The notes under the pieces are model-generated. The model did not search any database. It was not told the origin of the DNA and worked only from the letters and a program-made list of their open reading frames with translations. A stretch of 64,000 nucleotides of DNA from Mobula hypostoma (lineage: Eukaryota): positions 9,672,001 to 9,736,000 of the forward strand of contig NC_086097.1 of NCBI RefSeq assembly GCF_963921235.1. Direction: 5' to 3'. This document shows, in pieces, positions 49,722-63,330 of this stretch; position 1 is the first letter of the stretch; each line of letters opens with the position of its first letter. A program made the position numbers and the translations under genes.

Positions 49722-50573
49722 GTTACGTGTGCTTGCAACACTATGAGTCCGACAGAGTGATCAGCAGCACTGGGGCTCCACAGGGGACTGTCTTGTCTCC
49801 CTTTCTCTTCACCATTTACACCTCGGACTTCAACTACTGCACAGAGTCTTGTCATCTTCAGAAGATTTCTAATGACTCTGCCATAGCTGGATGCATCAGC
49901 AATGGAGATGAGGCTGAGTACAGGACTACGGTAGGAAACTTTGTCACATGGTGTGAGCAGAATTATCTGCAGCTTAATGTGAAAAAGACTAAGGAGCTGG
50001 TGGTAGACCTGAGGAGAGCTAAGGTACCGGCGACCCCTTTTTCCTTACATCTGCCAGACGATGCTGAGGATGTTCTACGAGTCTGCGGTGGCCAGTGCGA
50101 TCATATTTGCTGTTGTTTGATGGGGCAGCAGGCTAAGGTTAGCAGACACTAACTGAATCAACAAACTCATTCATAAGGCCAGTGAGGTTGTGGGGATGGA
50201 ACTGGACTCTCTGACGGTGGTGTCTGAAAAGAGGATGCTGTCCAAGTTGCATGCCATCTTGGACAATGTCTCCCATCCACTACATAATGTACTGGGTGGG
50301 CACAGGAGCACATTCAGCCAGAGACTCATTCCACCGAGATGCAACACAGAGCGTCATAGGAAGTCATTCCTGCCTGTGGCCATCAAACTTTACAACTCCT
50401 CCCTTGGAGGGTCAGACACCCTGAGCCAATAGGCTGGTCCTGGACTTATTTCCTGGCATAATTTACATATTACTATTTAACTATTTATGGTTTTATTACT
50501 ATTTATTATTTATGGTGCAACTATAACAAAAACCAATTTCCCCCAGGATCAATAAAGTGTGACTGTGACTATG
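49722..50573 (+). mobile_element. Rex1/Babar LINE 3' part with an internal deletion near 50045
   Basis: ORFs 49679..50152 and 50190..50432 are nearly identical to 40110-41127 but lack the YLG/LDWSKN segment. Confidence 0.92.
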
Positions 50574-50835
50574 ATTCTGGCAGTCCTGATCCTAACTGGT
50601 AGTGAGTCAAAGAGATTGTTGAATGAGTGGTAAGGATCCTCAACAATGCTTTGGGCCCTCTGTATGCAATGCTCCCGGTAAATGTCACAAATGGGAAGAA
50701 GGAGACTCTGGTGATCCTCTTGGTGGTGTTTCTTACCCTCTGCCGGGTATTGTGGCCCGACGCCTTGCAGTTTTGAAGTATTTAGGATGTTTGAGAGATG
50801 TGAGTTGGAAAAGCTTGTGAACTACTCCAGCATTC

Positions 50836-51667
50836 GAAGCAACACACACAAAATGCTAGAGCAACTCAGCAGGTCAGGCAGCATCTATGGAAATGAATAA
50901 ACAGTCGATATTTCAGGCCACAACCCTTCATCAGGACAGTAAAGAAAGGGGGAAGTGCCCAGAATAAAAATGTGAATCTGCTGGGGTCACCTGTTATGTC
51001 TGGTGCTGTCGATGCGGTCTCCTTTACACTGTAAATTGGGGGACCATTTGGTTGAGCATCTCTGCTTCAATCACCAAAAGGGGAACTTTTGAATGGCCAA
51101 ACAACTTAACTCTGATTCCTTTGCCTGTTCCGATTTGTTGGTCTATGGCCCTGCACTTGTGCCGTGATGAGGCCACCATTACGGTTCAGGAAAAATGCCT
51201 TATAGTCATCTGGGTAGCCTCAATCCAGATGGCATGAATATCGATTTCTTCTTCCAGTAAAAACTTTACCCCCCACCAACTCCCCTCTAATTCTGATCCC
51301 CACACTGGTCTCTTATCTCTTCACACCTGCTTATCACTTCCCCCTGGTGATACCCCCCCCCCACACTTCCTGTTCTCCTATGGTCCACTCTCCTTTCCTA
51401 TCAGATTCCCTCCTTTCCAGCCCTTTACCTTTCCAGCCCACCTGGCTTCACCTATCACCTTCTAGCTAGTACTCCTTCCCCTTGCCCCTTGCCCCACCTT
51501 TTCTGGCATCTTCCCCTTTTCCTTTCAATCCTGAAGAAGGGTCTCGAATCGGAACATCCACTCTCTATTCATTTCCATTGATGCAGCCTGACCTGCTGAA
51601 TTACTCCAGAATTTTGTGTGTGTGGCTCTGGATTTCCAGTACTGTAGACTTTCTCGTGCTTATGATT
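50836..51667 (+). mobile_element. Penelope-like element: inverted partial pLTR, GIY-YIG remnant and pLTR
   Basis: 10-bp TSD tccagcattc at 50826-50835 and 51668-51677, C.RCGLLY remnant and degenerate hammerheads at both ends. Confidence 0.82.
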
Positions 51668-51950
51668 TCCAGCATTCTAATCTTATGAATTCTTAAACAG
51701 AGTGGCAAATGTTATTAACTTCAGTAAATACTGATGAAGAGTGAGGCAATATTATTTATGAGGTTTTGTTGGATGTTTCATGCATGTTTTTCCCTTGTCA
51801 TATTAGATGATTAACTAGGTATATGAAGCAGTGCCAGAGAAATCCATCTTAGAGCTTTCTCCTCTCATTATTCTTTGATTATCAAAGAACACACGCCAAG
51901 AAAGACATCCATCTGTCATCCCTTTTCCATTTGCCTCTATAATTACTTAC

Positions 51951-52110
51951 AGTAGTTCAACCAAGTAATTTATTACTGATGGATTTATGTCTGCTGAACA
52001 CATGGTCATGACCACTTCCTGCAGTTCCAACCAGAATGTCAATTTGAAATGGTTCATTTACAAATAAGGTAACAATTTAAGTAAAAATTAGTAGAGATTA
52101 CATTCTTGCT
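51951..52110 (-). pseudogene. RGS-like pseudo-exon with the L-x-FWL-E motif
   Basis: LTFWLELQE at 52042-52016 and a gtaagt donor at 51950-51945. The 5' boundary is approximate. Confidence 0.65.
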
Positions 52111-53419
52111 GCTTTATAAAATGCAGAAGCTTTGAAATGAATTCTGACAGCTCACTTGAAATTATTATTGATAATTATTGTGAAATATGCACACAAAAGA
52201 AATACAGATACCTTAGACATTTATTTCCTACATATGCTGTTCATTTATAATTGGTTGCAACCTTAATCATGGCAACAGGCTAGCAATAAAATGATCATTG
52301 CTCCTTTTATGGTCAAAGGTTGTTTGAGTGCATTTCACAGCTAATTAATTACCTTTGAATTGCAGTTGCTGTTCTGCAAATAATTACTTCATCCAAAAAG
52401 CAGGAAGATAACTTACTCTTATAGCATTATTCCGAAGCACTGTGACAAATTTCTTCAAAGGAAGACTTAGTTGCACTTATCATCTGTAAACTTGCACTCC
52501 ATCCATCCCCGCTTCCTCATTCTAGCTTCTTCCACTCCCTCCAACCAAATCCCTTCCCACCCGCTTTCCAGTTCTGATGAAGAGTCTCAGCCCAAAGCAC
52601 TGACTGTTCATTGCTCTCCGTAGATGCGATCTGACTGCTAAGTTTCTTCAGTGTTTTGTGTATATTGTTCTGGATTATCCACATCTACAGAACCTCTTTA
52701 TGTTTATACATTTGAAAGCCCCTAGAACACACCAACAATGGATTTTTTTTTAAATCATTGAGTTTCTCACACTGCTCTATCTAATTTTGTACACCTCCAT
52801 TCAAGTTCCTTCTCAGTCTCTTCTGTTCCAATGAAAATAAGCCCAAACTGTCAGGTCTGTTGGAGATATTCAGTCATTCAGTACAATGCAATGACTTCAA
52901 AGGTCAAAGTTCCAAGTAAATTTATTATCAAAGTACAAACATGTCACCGTATGCTACCTTGAGATTCATTTTCTTGCAGGCATTCACAAAAGAATCAATG
53001 AGAAACCACATGCAACAAAAGTGGACCAACAACCACATGCAAAAGACGACAAACTGTGCAAATATAAATCAGAAAATAATAATAATAGTTATAAATAAGC
53101 AATAAATATCAAGAGAATGAGATGAAGTGTCCTCGAAAATGAATGCATAGATTGTGGGAACAGTTCAGTGATGGGATGAGTGAAGTTATCCCCTCTGGTT
53201 CAAGAGCCTGATGGTTGAGGATTAATGACTGTTCCTGACCTGGTGGTGTGAGCCTTGAGGTTCCTGCATCTTCTTCCTGATGGCATCAGCAAGAAGAGAG
53301 CACGGCCTGGATTGTGGGGGCTCTTGATGATGGATGCTGCTTTCCTGTGACAGCACTCCTTGTAGATTTGTCAATGATAGGGAGAGCTTTACATTTTGTG
53401 CTGTATCCATTACATTTTG

Positions 53420-56059
53420 TAGGCATTTCCATGCAACTGAACATAACATCCCAGTCGAGGAGTTTGAGTGCCATGGATCAGGAGTCTCTGAACTACTTCA
53501 GCAATATTTTTCCTAAGGTTCATTGAAGATCTATTCCAAAACACGTCAGTTTATAATAATGTTTAAAAAATTAGTCTGTGCCAACAACCACAGCCCTCCA
53601 AGACCTCTTTTTGCTTTCTTTTGAAAGACAAAATCATCTCTTACAAAATAAAGGAGGACATAAAAAATAGAAAACACAACCTTTTGATCAGACCAAACTG
53701 CATTCAAACAGTGAAACAAACTGTTTCTGTTTCAGCTAAGTAATGTGTTCTGATGGATGGTAATCAACCGAGAAATCTATTCGCTCTCCACAGATTCTCC
53801 CCTCTCCTCCTCCCCTATTGTGACATTTACCGGTAGTATTGTATACAAAAGGCTCAAAGTATTGCTGAGGATCCCTAACACCCACCCACAATCTCTTTGA
53901 CCCACTACCATAGGATAGGAGGTACAGGAGCATCAGGGCTAGGACTGGCAGACTGGGTAACAGCTTCTTCCCTCAGGCTGAGAGACTAATGAATACCCTG
54001 CCAACACTGAGGTCTCGTTACTAGGACAGCAAGTTGATTACTTGACTGTTTACTGTTTATCTGATAGAAGTTTATAAGATTATGAGAGGCATAGATAGAG
54101 TAGACTGACGGTTTATTTTTCCAAGGGTTGAAATGTCTAATACCAGAGAGCATACATTGAGGGTGAGAGGGGCTAATTTCAAAGCAGATGTGGGGCAATT
54201 TTTTTTACACAGAGAGTGGTGGGTGCCTGGAATATGCTGCCTGGGGTGGTGGTTGAGGCAGATACATCAGGGACTTTTAAGAGATATTTACGCAGGCACA
54301 GGAATGTGAGGAAGATAGAAGGATATGGACATTGTGTAGGCAAAAGAAATTAGTTTAGTTGGCCATTTTATTACTAATTTAGTTGGTTCAGCACAACATT
54401 GTGGGCTGAAGGGCCTGTTCTCGTGCTGTACTGTTCTACGTTCTCTGTTCTAGTATATAGCTAAGGTGCCTAAGACCTTTGCACAGTACTGCAGTAATTT
54501 TATGTCTTACATTCTACTGCTGCCACAAAAAATACTGACGTGAGGATAAACCTGATTCTAATATGGGTCTCTATTGTGGACTGAGAGTAAGAAGGAGGAA
54601 GGGAGAGGGGAATCACGGTTGTGAAAAGGGAAAGAGAGAGAGAGAGAGGAGGGAGTGGGAAGCACCAGAGATGCATTCTGTAATGATCAATAAACCAATA
54701 GTTTGGAATCAAATGAACTTGCCTGGTGTTTCAGGGCTGGTTGTGTCTGTATCTTCGCCACCCCCCTGCTCCAACACTCATGCTCTGCCACTCATCCTGC
54801 ACCCCTCCCATAAGTGCTCCATTCTCACCAGTCCCAATAAACTTTGCTCCCATCATATTTATAAACTTTGTTTCTGCTCCACATTGACAAATACACACTG
54901 CACAGAAGTGTTAGGCACCCTAGTTATATATATGTCCCTCAGACCTTTGCACAGTACTGTAGAACATAGAATAGCCCAGCACAGGATACAGATCCAAATG
55001 AATTAGTAACCAAATGGCCAACAGAACTAATCTCTTCTGACTACAGAATGTCCATGTCCCTCCATTATCCTCAAAGTCGTGCACCAATCTAAACATCTCT
55101 TAAAAGACTCTATTGTATCTGCCTCTACCACCAGCCCAGGCAGCTCATTCCAGGCACCCACCACTCTGTGTAAGAAAAACTTGCCCCTCACATCTCCTTT
55201 GAATTTACCCTCTTTCATCTTAAACACATGCTCTCTGGTATAGACATCCCAACCCTGGGAAAAAGATACTGTCTGTCCACCCCAGTCATAATTTTATAAA
55301 CCTAATGCAATACTCAAGATGTGACCTATATAGAGCTTCATAAATCTGCAACATAATATCCTGACTTTTGAACTCAATCCCTCAGCTAATAAGGGTAACC
55401 ATACCTTGTGGCTGTAAGCACTTGCCTCTTCAATTCTTTTTTGAAATCATTCCCTGTCACCTTAAATCAGCAGTTTCCAACCTAGGGTCCACAGATCGCT
55501 CAGGAATCCCTGCCTTAAATGCATGCATTCTTGCAGGTTTTAATGATCATCCAGAATTTTGGGTCTTTCCAACTAAGACATAGTCTTCCTCCATCCAACA
55601 TTCGAACACACTGCAAAGCAACAAAAGAGCAGCCAGGTATCTCTGAAAGAGAGCACCATGAGATGATTTTCAGTGTAGGACCTCCTAGTTCCATATCTGA
55701 TGCTCCATTTTCTGCCAGCTCGATCTCCCTACTGAGTGAATGACACTTGCAGCATTTTCTCATCAAAGCACACAGATCAACTGGCTGACTCCCAAGCTTT
55801 GCAGAAATGATGCTTTGGTTTCCTTTGGCTCTGCAAGCTAATAAGGAAGAGAAGAGAAGAAGAACAGCCAAGAAACATTGCTCAGTTTAATTCTGCTCTT
55901 TGTTGATGTTCAACAAGGCTCTTTCTCTGTGAAAATGGAATCAAACAGTCATTTGTTCTTTTGGCTCAGTTTTCTTGGGCTTTGGTTCACCCGCCTTGTA
56001 TGAGTGCCAGCTTATATTTTGTATCTTGGTTGTTCACTTCATGCAGACGTGTTTGACTG
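53420..56059 (-). pseudogene. Pseudo-exons 56059-~55515 and 53639-~53420 forming an RGS22-like domain
   Basis: ORF 55515..55871 ends ...KDPKFWMIIKTCKNACI. The next exon, after a pyrimidine-rich acceptor, begins DDFVFQKKAK. This resembles the FW.EV..YK..C...D..V.QKK motif I recall for RGS22. Confidence 0.6.
54060..55415. mobile_element. CR1 (+, 54060-54451), composite Tc1-ended element (54451-54959) and CR1 (-, 54961-55415)
   Basis: CR1 C-terminal motifs on both strands (ORF 55027..55227) flanking the shared composite body and TIR palindromes. Confidence 0.8.
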
Positions 56060-56398
56060 CTATAGTACAGGCAGCAAAGGATTTTGGCAAAATTATTTAT
56101 TTTAGCATGAGAGAAAAAGAAAATGACTTTATTCAGCAATGGGTTAAATTCTCAAACTCAGGACCAACCTATGCATCATGGACTGGGACAAAGACATGGC
56201 TCAACATTAATTATTAAATCACATTAATATAAAGAAAAAATGTCATTTCCACAACACCCTCACAGCCTTAGGATATTTCATTTCCTTTTACAACCAAATG
56301 AAATAGCTTTTCACTGTAAATCAACAAAATGCTGATGCTGGAAATTTGAAACTGAATGAAGAGTCATGGACCTGAAAAAGTTGACCTTTTCGTATATA

Positions 56399-58014
56399 CG
56401 GTGGCATGCAAAAGTTTGGGCACTCCGGTCAAAATTTCTGTTACTGTGAATAGTTAGGTAAGTAGAAGATGAACTGATCTCCAAAAGGCATAAAGTTAAA
56501 GATGAAATATTCTTTTCAACATCTTAAGCAAGATTAGTGTATTATTTTCGTTTTGTACAATTTTAGAGTGAAAAAAGGAAAGGAGCACCATGCAAAAGTT
56601 TGGGCACCCCAAGAGATTTGAGCTCTCAGATAACTTTTACCAAGGTCTCAGACCTTAATTAGATTGTTAGGGCTATGGCTTGTTCACAGTCATCATTAGG
56701 AAAGGCCAGGTGATGCAAATTTCAAAGCCTTATAAATACCCCGACTCCTCAAACTTTGTCCCGACAATCAGCAACCATAGCCTCCTCTAAGCAGCTGCCT
56801 TGCACTCTAAAAATTAAAATAAATGGTGCCCACAAAGCAGGAGAAGGCTAAAAGAAGATAGCAAAGTGTTTTCAGGTAGCCGTTTCCTCAGTTCGTAATG
56901 TAATTAAGAAATGGCAGTTAACAGGAACAGTGGAGGTCAAGTTGAGGTCTGGAAGACCAAGAAAACTTTCCAAGAGAACTGCTCGTAGCATTGCTAGAAA
57001 GGCAAATCAAAACCCCCGTTTGATTGCAAAAGTCCTTCAGGAAGATTTAGCAGACTCTGGAGTGGTGGTGCACTGTTCTACTGTGCAGTGACCCCTGCAC
57101 AAATATGACCTTCATGGAAGAGTCATCAGAAAAAACCTTTCCTGCATCCTCACCACAAAATTCAGCATCTGATGTTTGCAAAGGAACATCTAAACAAGCC
57201 TGATGCATTTTGGAAACAAGTCCTGTGGACTGATAAAGTTAAAATAGAATTTTTTGGCCACAGTGAGTAAAGGTATGTTTGGAGAAAAAACGGTGCAGAA
57301 TTTCATGAAAAGAACCCCTCTCCAACTGATAAGCACAGGGCTGGATTGAGCATGCTTTAGGCTTGTGTTGCAGCCAGTGGCATGGGGAACATTTACTGGT
57401 AGAGGGAAGAATGAATTCAATTAAATACCAGCAACTTCTGGAAGCAAACATCATATCGTCTGTAAAAAATCTGAAGGTGAAAAGAGGATGGCTTCTACAG
57501 CAGGATAATGATCCTAAACACACCTCAAAATCCACAATGGACTACCTGAAGAGGCGCAAGCTGAAGGTTTTGCCATGGCCCTCACAGTCTGCCGACCTAA
57601 ACATCATCCAAAATACGTGGATAGACCTCAAAAGAGCAGTGCATGCAAGACGGCCCAAGAATCTCACAGAACTAGAAGCTTTTTGCAAGGAAGAATGGGG
57701 GAAAATCCCCCAAACAAGAATTGAAAGACTCTTAGTTGGCTACAGAAAGCGTTTACAATCTGTTATACTTGCCAAAGGGGGTGTTACTAAGTACTGACCA
57801 TGCAGGGTGCTCAAACTTTTGCTTTTGGCCCTTTTCCTTTTTTGTTATTTTGAAACTGTAAAAGATGGAAATAAAAAAAGGTAATCTTGCTTAAAATATT
57901 AAAGAAATGTGTCATCTTTAACTTTATGCCTTTTGGAAATCAGGTCACTTTTTACTCACTTAGCTATTCACAGTAACAGAAATTTTGACCGGGGTGCCAA
58001 ACTTTTGCATGCCA
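56399..58014 (+). mobile_element. Near full-length Tc1 (IR/DR type) transposon with a dead transposase (~56777-57797)
   Basis: About 210-bp TIRs with internal atgcaaaagtttgggcac direct repeats and a left TA. Motifs GRPRK, VLWTD, QQDNDPKH, WPSQSADLNIIQN (catalytic E to Q) and GGVTKY*. Start codon mutated to ATA, with stops and a frameshift. Confidence 0.95.
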
Positions 58015-58363
58015 GGCAAGGGTGAAGCATCACGGCAAGGGTTTGGGACAGGTGGCAGAGAAGGAGTGCCAGGGATGAGGAATGGCATGGGTGAAGCCAC
58101 ATCCAGTTCTGAGACACCAGGCAAGGTCATTTGATCCCAAACAATCGGTTTATTGATCAGTACAGAATGTCTCTCTTGTGCTTTCTGCTCTCTCCCCTCT
58201 CTCTTCCCCTTTTCCCAACGATGATTCCCCTCTCACTGCCCCCTTCCCACTCTCAGTCCACAATAGATGCTCATATCCAAATCAGGTTTATCATCACTCA
58301 CATATGTCATGATATTTGTTTTTTTTTTGCAGCAGCAGTACAGTGCAATACGTAAAATTACTA

Positions 58364-59104
58364 CAATACTGTGCAAAAGTCTTAGGCACATGTAAAAGTT
58401 CTGTAAAGCGAAGATGCTTTCAAAATGATAATATAAAAAAATTCTAAATATCAAAAAATAATATAAAGAGCAGTAAACAGTTAAAAGCTAAATCAAATCA
58501 ATATTTGGTGTAACCATCTTTTGCCTTTAAAACTGCATCAATTCTCTTAGGTACAATTTTGTGCTGTGATAGAAGAAAAGTGGCCAAGTGATTAAGACGT
58601 CGGTCAAGTGATCTGAAGGTCACTAGTTCGAGCCTCAGCTGAGGCAATGTGTTGTGTCCTTGAGCAAGGCACTTAACCACACATTGCTCTGTGACGACAC
58701 CGGTGCCAAGCTGTATCGGCCCTAGTGCCCTTCCCTTGGACACCATCGGTGGCGTGGAGAGGGGAGACTTGCAGCATGGGCAACTGCTGGTCTTCCATAC
58801 AACCTTGCCCAGCCCTGCGCCCTGGAAACCTTCCAAGGTGCAAATCCATGGTCTCACGAGACTAACAGATGCCTATTTATTTATTATTATTATTATAGAA
58901 GAAAATTAGCTGGTAGGTTGTTCTAAGCATCTTGGAGAACTTGCCACAGTTCTTCTGCATACTTTGTCTGTGTTACATGCTTCTCTCTCTCTCTCCAGGC
59001 AATCCCAGACAACCTCAATGATGTTGAGATCAGGGCTCTGTGGAGACATACCATTTGAAACCATATAAAACATATAAGGTGCCTAAGACTTTTGCACAGT
59101 ACTA
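58364..59104 (-). mobile_element. Tc1 deletion derivative carrying the same TIRs as the composite element
   Basis: TA-flanked TIRs caatactgtgcaaaagtcttaggcac / gtgcctaagacttttgcacagtacta. Transposase C-terminus PQSPDLNIIEVVWD, ELWQVLQDA, PKRIDAVLKAKDGYTKY*. Confidence 0.85.
58580..58894 (+). mobile_element. tRNA-headed SINE inserted in the Tc1 derivative
   Basis: A-box tggccaagtg and B-box gttcgagcc, (tat)n tail, 11-bp TSD atagaagaaaa at 58569-58579 and 58895-58905. Confidence 0.82.
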
Positions 59105-59338
59105 TATACTTGTCTTCGAAAAGTAGCAAACTTGACTGACAAGTTCCCACATACGGTTACAGTATGTGAGAACAAAAGTTGTGATCTGGATTGAGAGATG
59201 AAGACTGAGAAAGATGCCAGGGAAAATTCCCTTGATCTTTTTTCCAAATATTGTCTTGAGTTCTTTTATATCCACCTGAAAGGCTAATGGGACGTAGGTT
59301 CAATGTCTCGCCCAAACTGCAGCATATCTGAGAATCCT

Positions 59339-59805
59339 AAACACAAGAAATCTGCAGATGCTGGATATCCAAAGCAACACACATACACAATGCTGGAGGA
59401 ACTAAGCAGGTCAGGCAGCATCTATGGAAATGGGTAAACAGTCGACGTTTCAGGCCAAGACCCTTCTTCAGGACTGGAAAGGAAAGGGGTAGGTGCCAGA
59501 ATAAAAAGGTGGGGGAGAGGATAGAGGCTTGTGAGAAAGTGATGGTGAAGCCAACTGCGTGGGAAAGGTAAAGGGCTAGAGAAAAAGGAATCTGATAGGA
59601 GAGGAGAGAGCACTGTAGGAGAAAGAGTTAGAAGTGGGGTCACGGGGAAAGTGATAGGCAAGAGAGAAAAGGTAAAAAGGCCAGAGTGTTAATAGAGGAA
59701 GAGGTGAGTGTGAGAGATTTTTTTCACCAGAAGGAGAAATCGATATTCATGCCATCACATTGGAGGCTACCCATGGCGGAATATAAGATGTTGCTCCTCC
59801 ACTCT
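59339..59805 (-). mobile_element. PLE 3' end (pLTR) with an intact hammerhead core at 59440-59475
   Basis: Minus strand reads AGTC-CTGAAGA-AGGGTCTTGGCCT-GAAA-CGTC-GACT, preceded by a GIY-YIG C-terminal remnant. Confidence 0.82.
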
Positions 59806-61849
59806 GGACCGAGGTATTTGACAATCTCCTTGCATTGCACTGGAGTGGTGGTCTAGGTTACTGTACTCAAGTTGTTATAACTGAATATGACCAAACTATC
59901 GCTAAAAGAGCAAGGTCCTAAAGCACCACTTTAAAAGGAAAAGAAGGTACTGGAGAAGTAAATAGATTTAGTGTGAAAACTCTTGAGTTTATGAGTAACA
60001 GAAGAGGTTATCATGCATACATCAGGATGTTCTTCATTGTCTACAGCTCTACATTCAATACCATCATCCCCTCAAAACTAATCAATGAGATCCAAGACCT
60101 TGGCCTCAGTATCTATTTGTAAAACAGGATCCTCAATCTCCTCACTTGCAGACCCTAATAAATTTGGATTGGCAACAACGTCTCCTTCTCAATCCTAATC
60201 AGCGCAGGTGCACCACAAGAACTTGTGCTTACTCCCCTGCTCTATTCATTTTATACTTAGCACTGTGAGGCTAGGGACCGCTCCAATGCATATTTAAGTT
60301 TGGTCTTTTTTCTCTTTTTCTGTATTTGCACAGTTTGTTGTCTTTTGCACATTGGTTGTTTGTTCATATTTGTTGTGTGCAAATTTTCTTTGGTTCTATT
60401 GTGTTTCTTTGTATTTACTGTGAATGCCTGAAAAATGAATCTCAACATAATATGTGGTGACACATATGTACTTTGATAATAAACCTACTTACAATATTAA
60501 AGACAATTGCAAGTACCAATGACAGAAATAAAGCAAAGAGAAGTAAATCAAAACTGGAGATATTGATGCAGAGATCTTGGACAGTTTCTGTGGATGGAAA
60601 TGGCACTGAAACAGAAAGGACTGAGACGAGAGAGAGAGAGCTGTCATTGCTCAAGACAACAAGCAATAATGACTGTCCATAAAATAAAACAAAAAACTAT
60701 GTAAGCATCATAAGAAGTTGTGACTTGGGTATGGCATGATTAACCTTTGGCTTGACTAGCAATGTGAAGTTAGTACCCGTTCAGAGGGGTCCATCTGTCT
60801 AGAATACCTGTTTTTTTTTTCCCCCACAAGCAACAGACACAGAACTCTGTATTATCTCAGCAGGTCAGGTATTATCTACGTCCAGTATTTTCCTCTCCAT
60901 AAATGCTACCTGACCTGCCGAATTGCTTCAGCTTTTTTGTGTGTGTTCATCAGGATTTCCAGCATCTGCAGAATCTCTTGTGTTTATTAACTTTTCCTTA
61001 TTCTGATCTTTCTAAAACTTCATATAAGTATAATTTTCAGTTTGACATTCTCTTCTGCTACATACTTTGAAAAGCTAGAATTTAAGACTATCTTCTGATT
61101 TAGTAAGTCATCTTAACCCACAAGTGGGAGGGTGCGTTTTCATCCAGTATCAAATTTTTAGAAATGTTTAAGGCAGGTCTGCAACCCACCAACCTGAGCT
61201 CATCAAAATTCAAAGTTCAAAGGAAATTTATTATCAAAGTACATATATGCACCATATAAAACACTCAGATTCATTTTCTTATGTGCATACTCAAAAATCT
61301 GTAAAATAACAACCATTACAGAATCAATGAAAGACAGCCCAACGTAGGTGATCAGCCTGAGTGCAGGAGTCAAAAAACTGCAAAAACACAAAAATAAAGG
61401 GAAATAATAATAGTGATAAAAATAATAAATAAGCAATAAATATAGAGAACATGAGATGAAGAGTCCTTGAAAGTGAGTCTATTCGTTGTGGAAACATTTC
61501 AATGATGGGACAAGTGTAGTTGAGTGAAGCTATCAGTTAAAATGTCAGTGTTTCCAAGATTCAAGATTTAAGATTGTTTAATGTCCAGATGGGAATAAAT
61601 GAAAATTAGTACCTCATATTCAGCCTGGATAGTCTACAAACTGATGGCATCAACAGTGAATTTTGCATTTTCAAGGAACCTGCTCCCCTTGTATCCCTTT
61701 TCTCTCTCTTCCTGATCTACCAAGATTATCCAGTGCCCACCCTATCACTCATCCCAATCCTCTATCACCATTTATCCTTCCCCTCCTCCACCCACTTCTT
61801 GTCCGTCACCCAGAAAATTCCTACCATTCTAGATTCAGAATCAAAATTG

Positions 61850-62660
61850 CTTAAAGTCTTTTCCAGCACACACGAGTAAAGCAGAATGAAATAATTGTTA
61901 CTCCAATCCAATGCAGCACAAAAAAACACAATACGATAAAGGACATAATGATAATATAAAAACACAGTAAATATAAATACATAAAATAGCTTCTGTACAT
62001 AGATTGATTGTATGTTCATAAAGTGATGCTAGGCACAGAAGTGTCTTTACATAAGGAGGCTGACAGGAAATGGTAAAATAATGGTGTTTGGAGATGTGGA
62101 TGTGTGGGTTAGTTGATGGGGGTGTTGATCAGCCTTACTGCCTGTGGAAAGTAACTGCTTTTGAGTCTGGTAGTTCTGGCATGGATGATATATAGTCTTT
62201 TCCCTGATGGGAGAGGGACAAACTGTCCACGAGCAGGGTGAAAGGGATCCTTTATGATATTCCTGGCCCTTTACCAGTACCATTCTGTATGTACCTCCTT
62301 GATGGCAAGTAGGCTGGCGCTGGTGATGCATTGGGCAATGTTGACTACCTGTTGTAGAGCCTTCCTCTCTGCTGCAGTGATACAGCATGTTATGATTCTC
62401 TGTATTGTGTATCTGTAGAAGCTAATAAGTATAGATGTGCATAGTCCAGATCTCCTCAGCCTCCTTGGAAAGTAGTGACATTGGTGATATGGGATATGTT
62501 CTAGGACCTTGATAGGTCATAAGAGGACAAGCTGTAGGTGATGGTCACTCATAAGAATTTGAAGATCTCAACCTTCTCAATTTCAGAAGTGTTGATGAAG
62601 ACAGGAACATGTGCACAGTCCCCTTTTCTGAGATCAAATGACCAGCTCTTCACAGTTTAA
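61850..62660 (-). mobile_element. Degraded Rex1/Babar-type LINE 3' part
   Basis: Homologous to 5300-5730 and 42640-43980. Confidence 0.7.
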
Positions 62661-62667
62661 ATATCAC

Positions 62668-62940
62668 CTTGCCAGTTGATGATTTAAAAGTATCTTTAAT
62701 TCAATATAATGTGGAATTCTCCGAAATATATTAGGCCGTCTTTTAAGAGCATATTTAGTTGACTCATTTTCCTTAAAAAAGGAACCCTGTGAAGTTTCAT
62801 GGCTGACGTATATGAGACTTCAGATCCACAGCTGCTTTGCCTCATGACCCCCACATGAAGGGTGAAACAGGATGGGCAGAATATGTTGATGAAGATCACA
62901 TTTTTGAATGATTTAAAACATCTAAACATCAAATGAACAG
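62668..62940 (-). pseudogene. RGS-like pseudo-exon
   Basis: Acceptor ...atgcttgcag and donor AAG|gtgata. Reads ...IQKCDLHQHILPILFHPSCGGHEAKQLWI*SLIYVSHETSQGSFFKENESTKYALKRRPNIFRRIPHYIELKILLNHQLA. Confidence 0.6.
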
Positions 62941-63047
62941 CTGCAAGCATATTAAGGAAGCAAAAATGAGCAAGCTCCAACAATTAGCAATCTAAATTCA
63001 TGACCTATTCCTGACATCCGAGTACACTCCATTCTTGTGCCAAGCTC

Positions 63048-63330
63048 GGGGCAGCACAGTAGCATAGTGGTTAGTGTACTTCATAGTACCAGCGACCTGG
63101 ATTCAATTCCTGTCGCTGATTGTAAGGAGTCAGTACGCTCTCTCTGTGACCATGTGGGTTTCCTCCATGTGCTCTGGTTTCCTGCACAGTCCAAAGACGT
63201 ACTGGTTGGTAGGCTAATTGGTCATTGTGAATTGTCCTGTGATTAGGCAAGGATTAAATCAGGGGAGTTACTGGATGGCACTGCTTGAAGGACCAGTAGG
63301 GCCTGTTCTGCACTGTATCTCAATCAATCA
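63048..63330 (+). mobile_element. HE1-like V-SINE (tRNA head, V domain, CR1-type tail)
   Basis: A-box tagcatagtgg, B-box gattcaattcc, V-domain tgggtttcctcc..gtgctc.ggtttcc...cagtccaaagacgt, and tail gggcctgttctgcactgtatctc. Confidence 0.82.

Noticed and set aside
63048..63120. tRNA gene (also 58580-58640)
   Set aside because: A and B boxes are followed by SINE bodies and tails, and no complete cloverleaf was evident.
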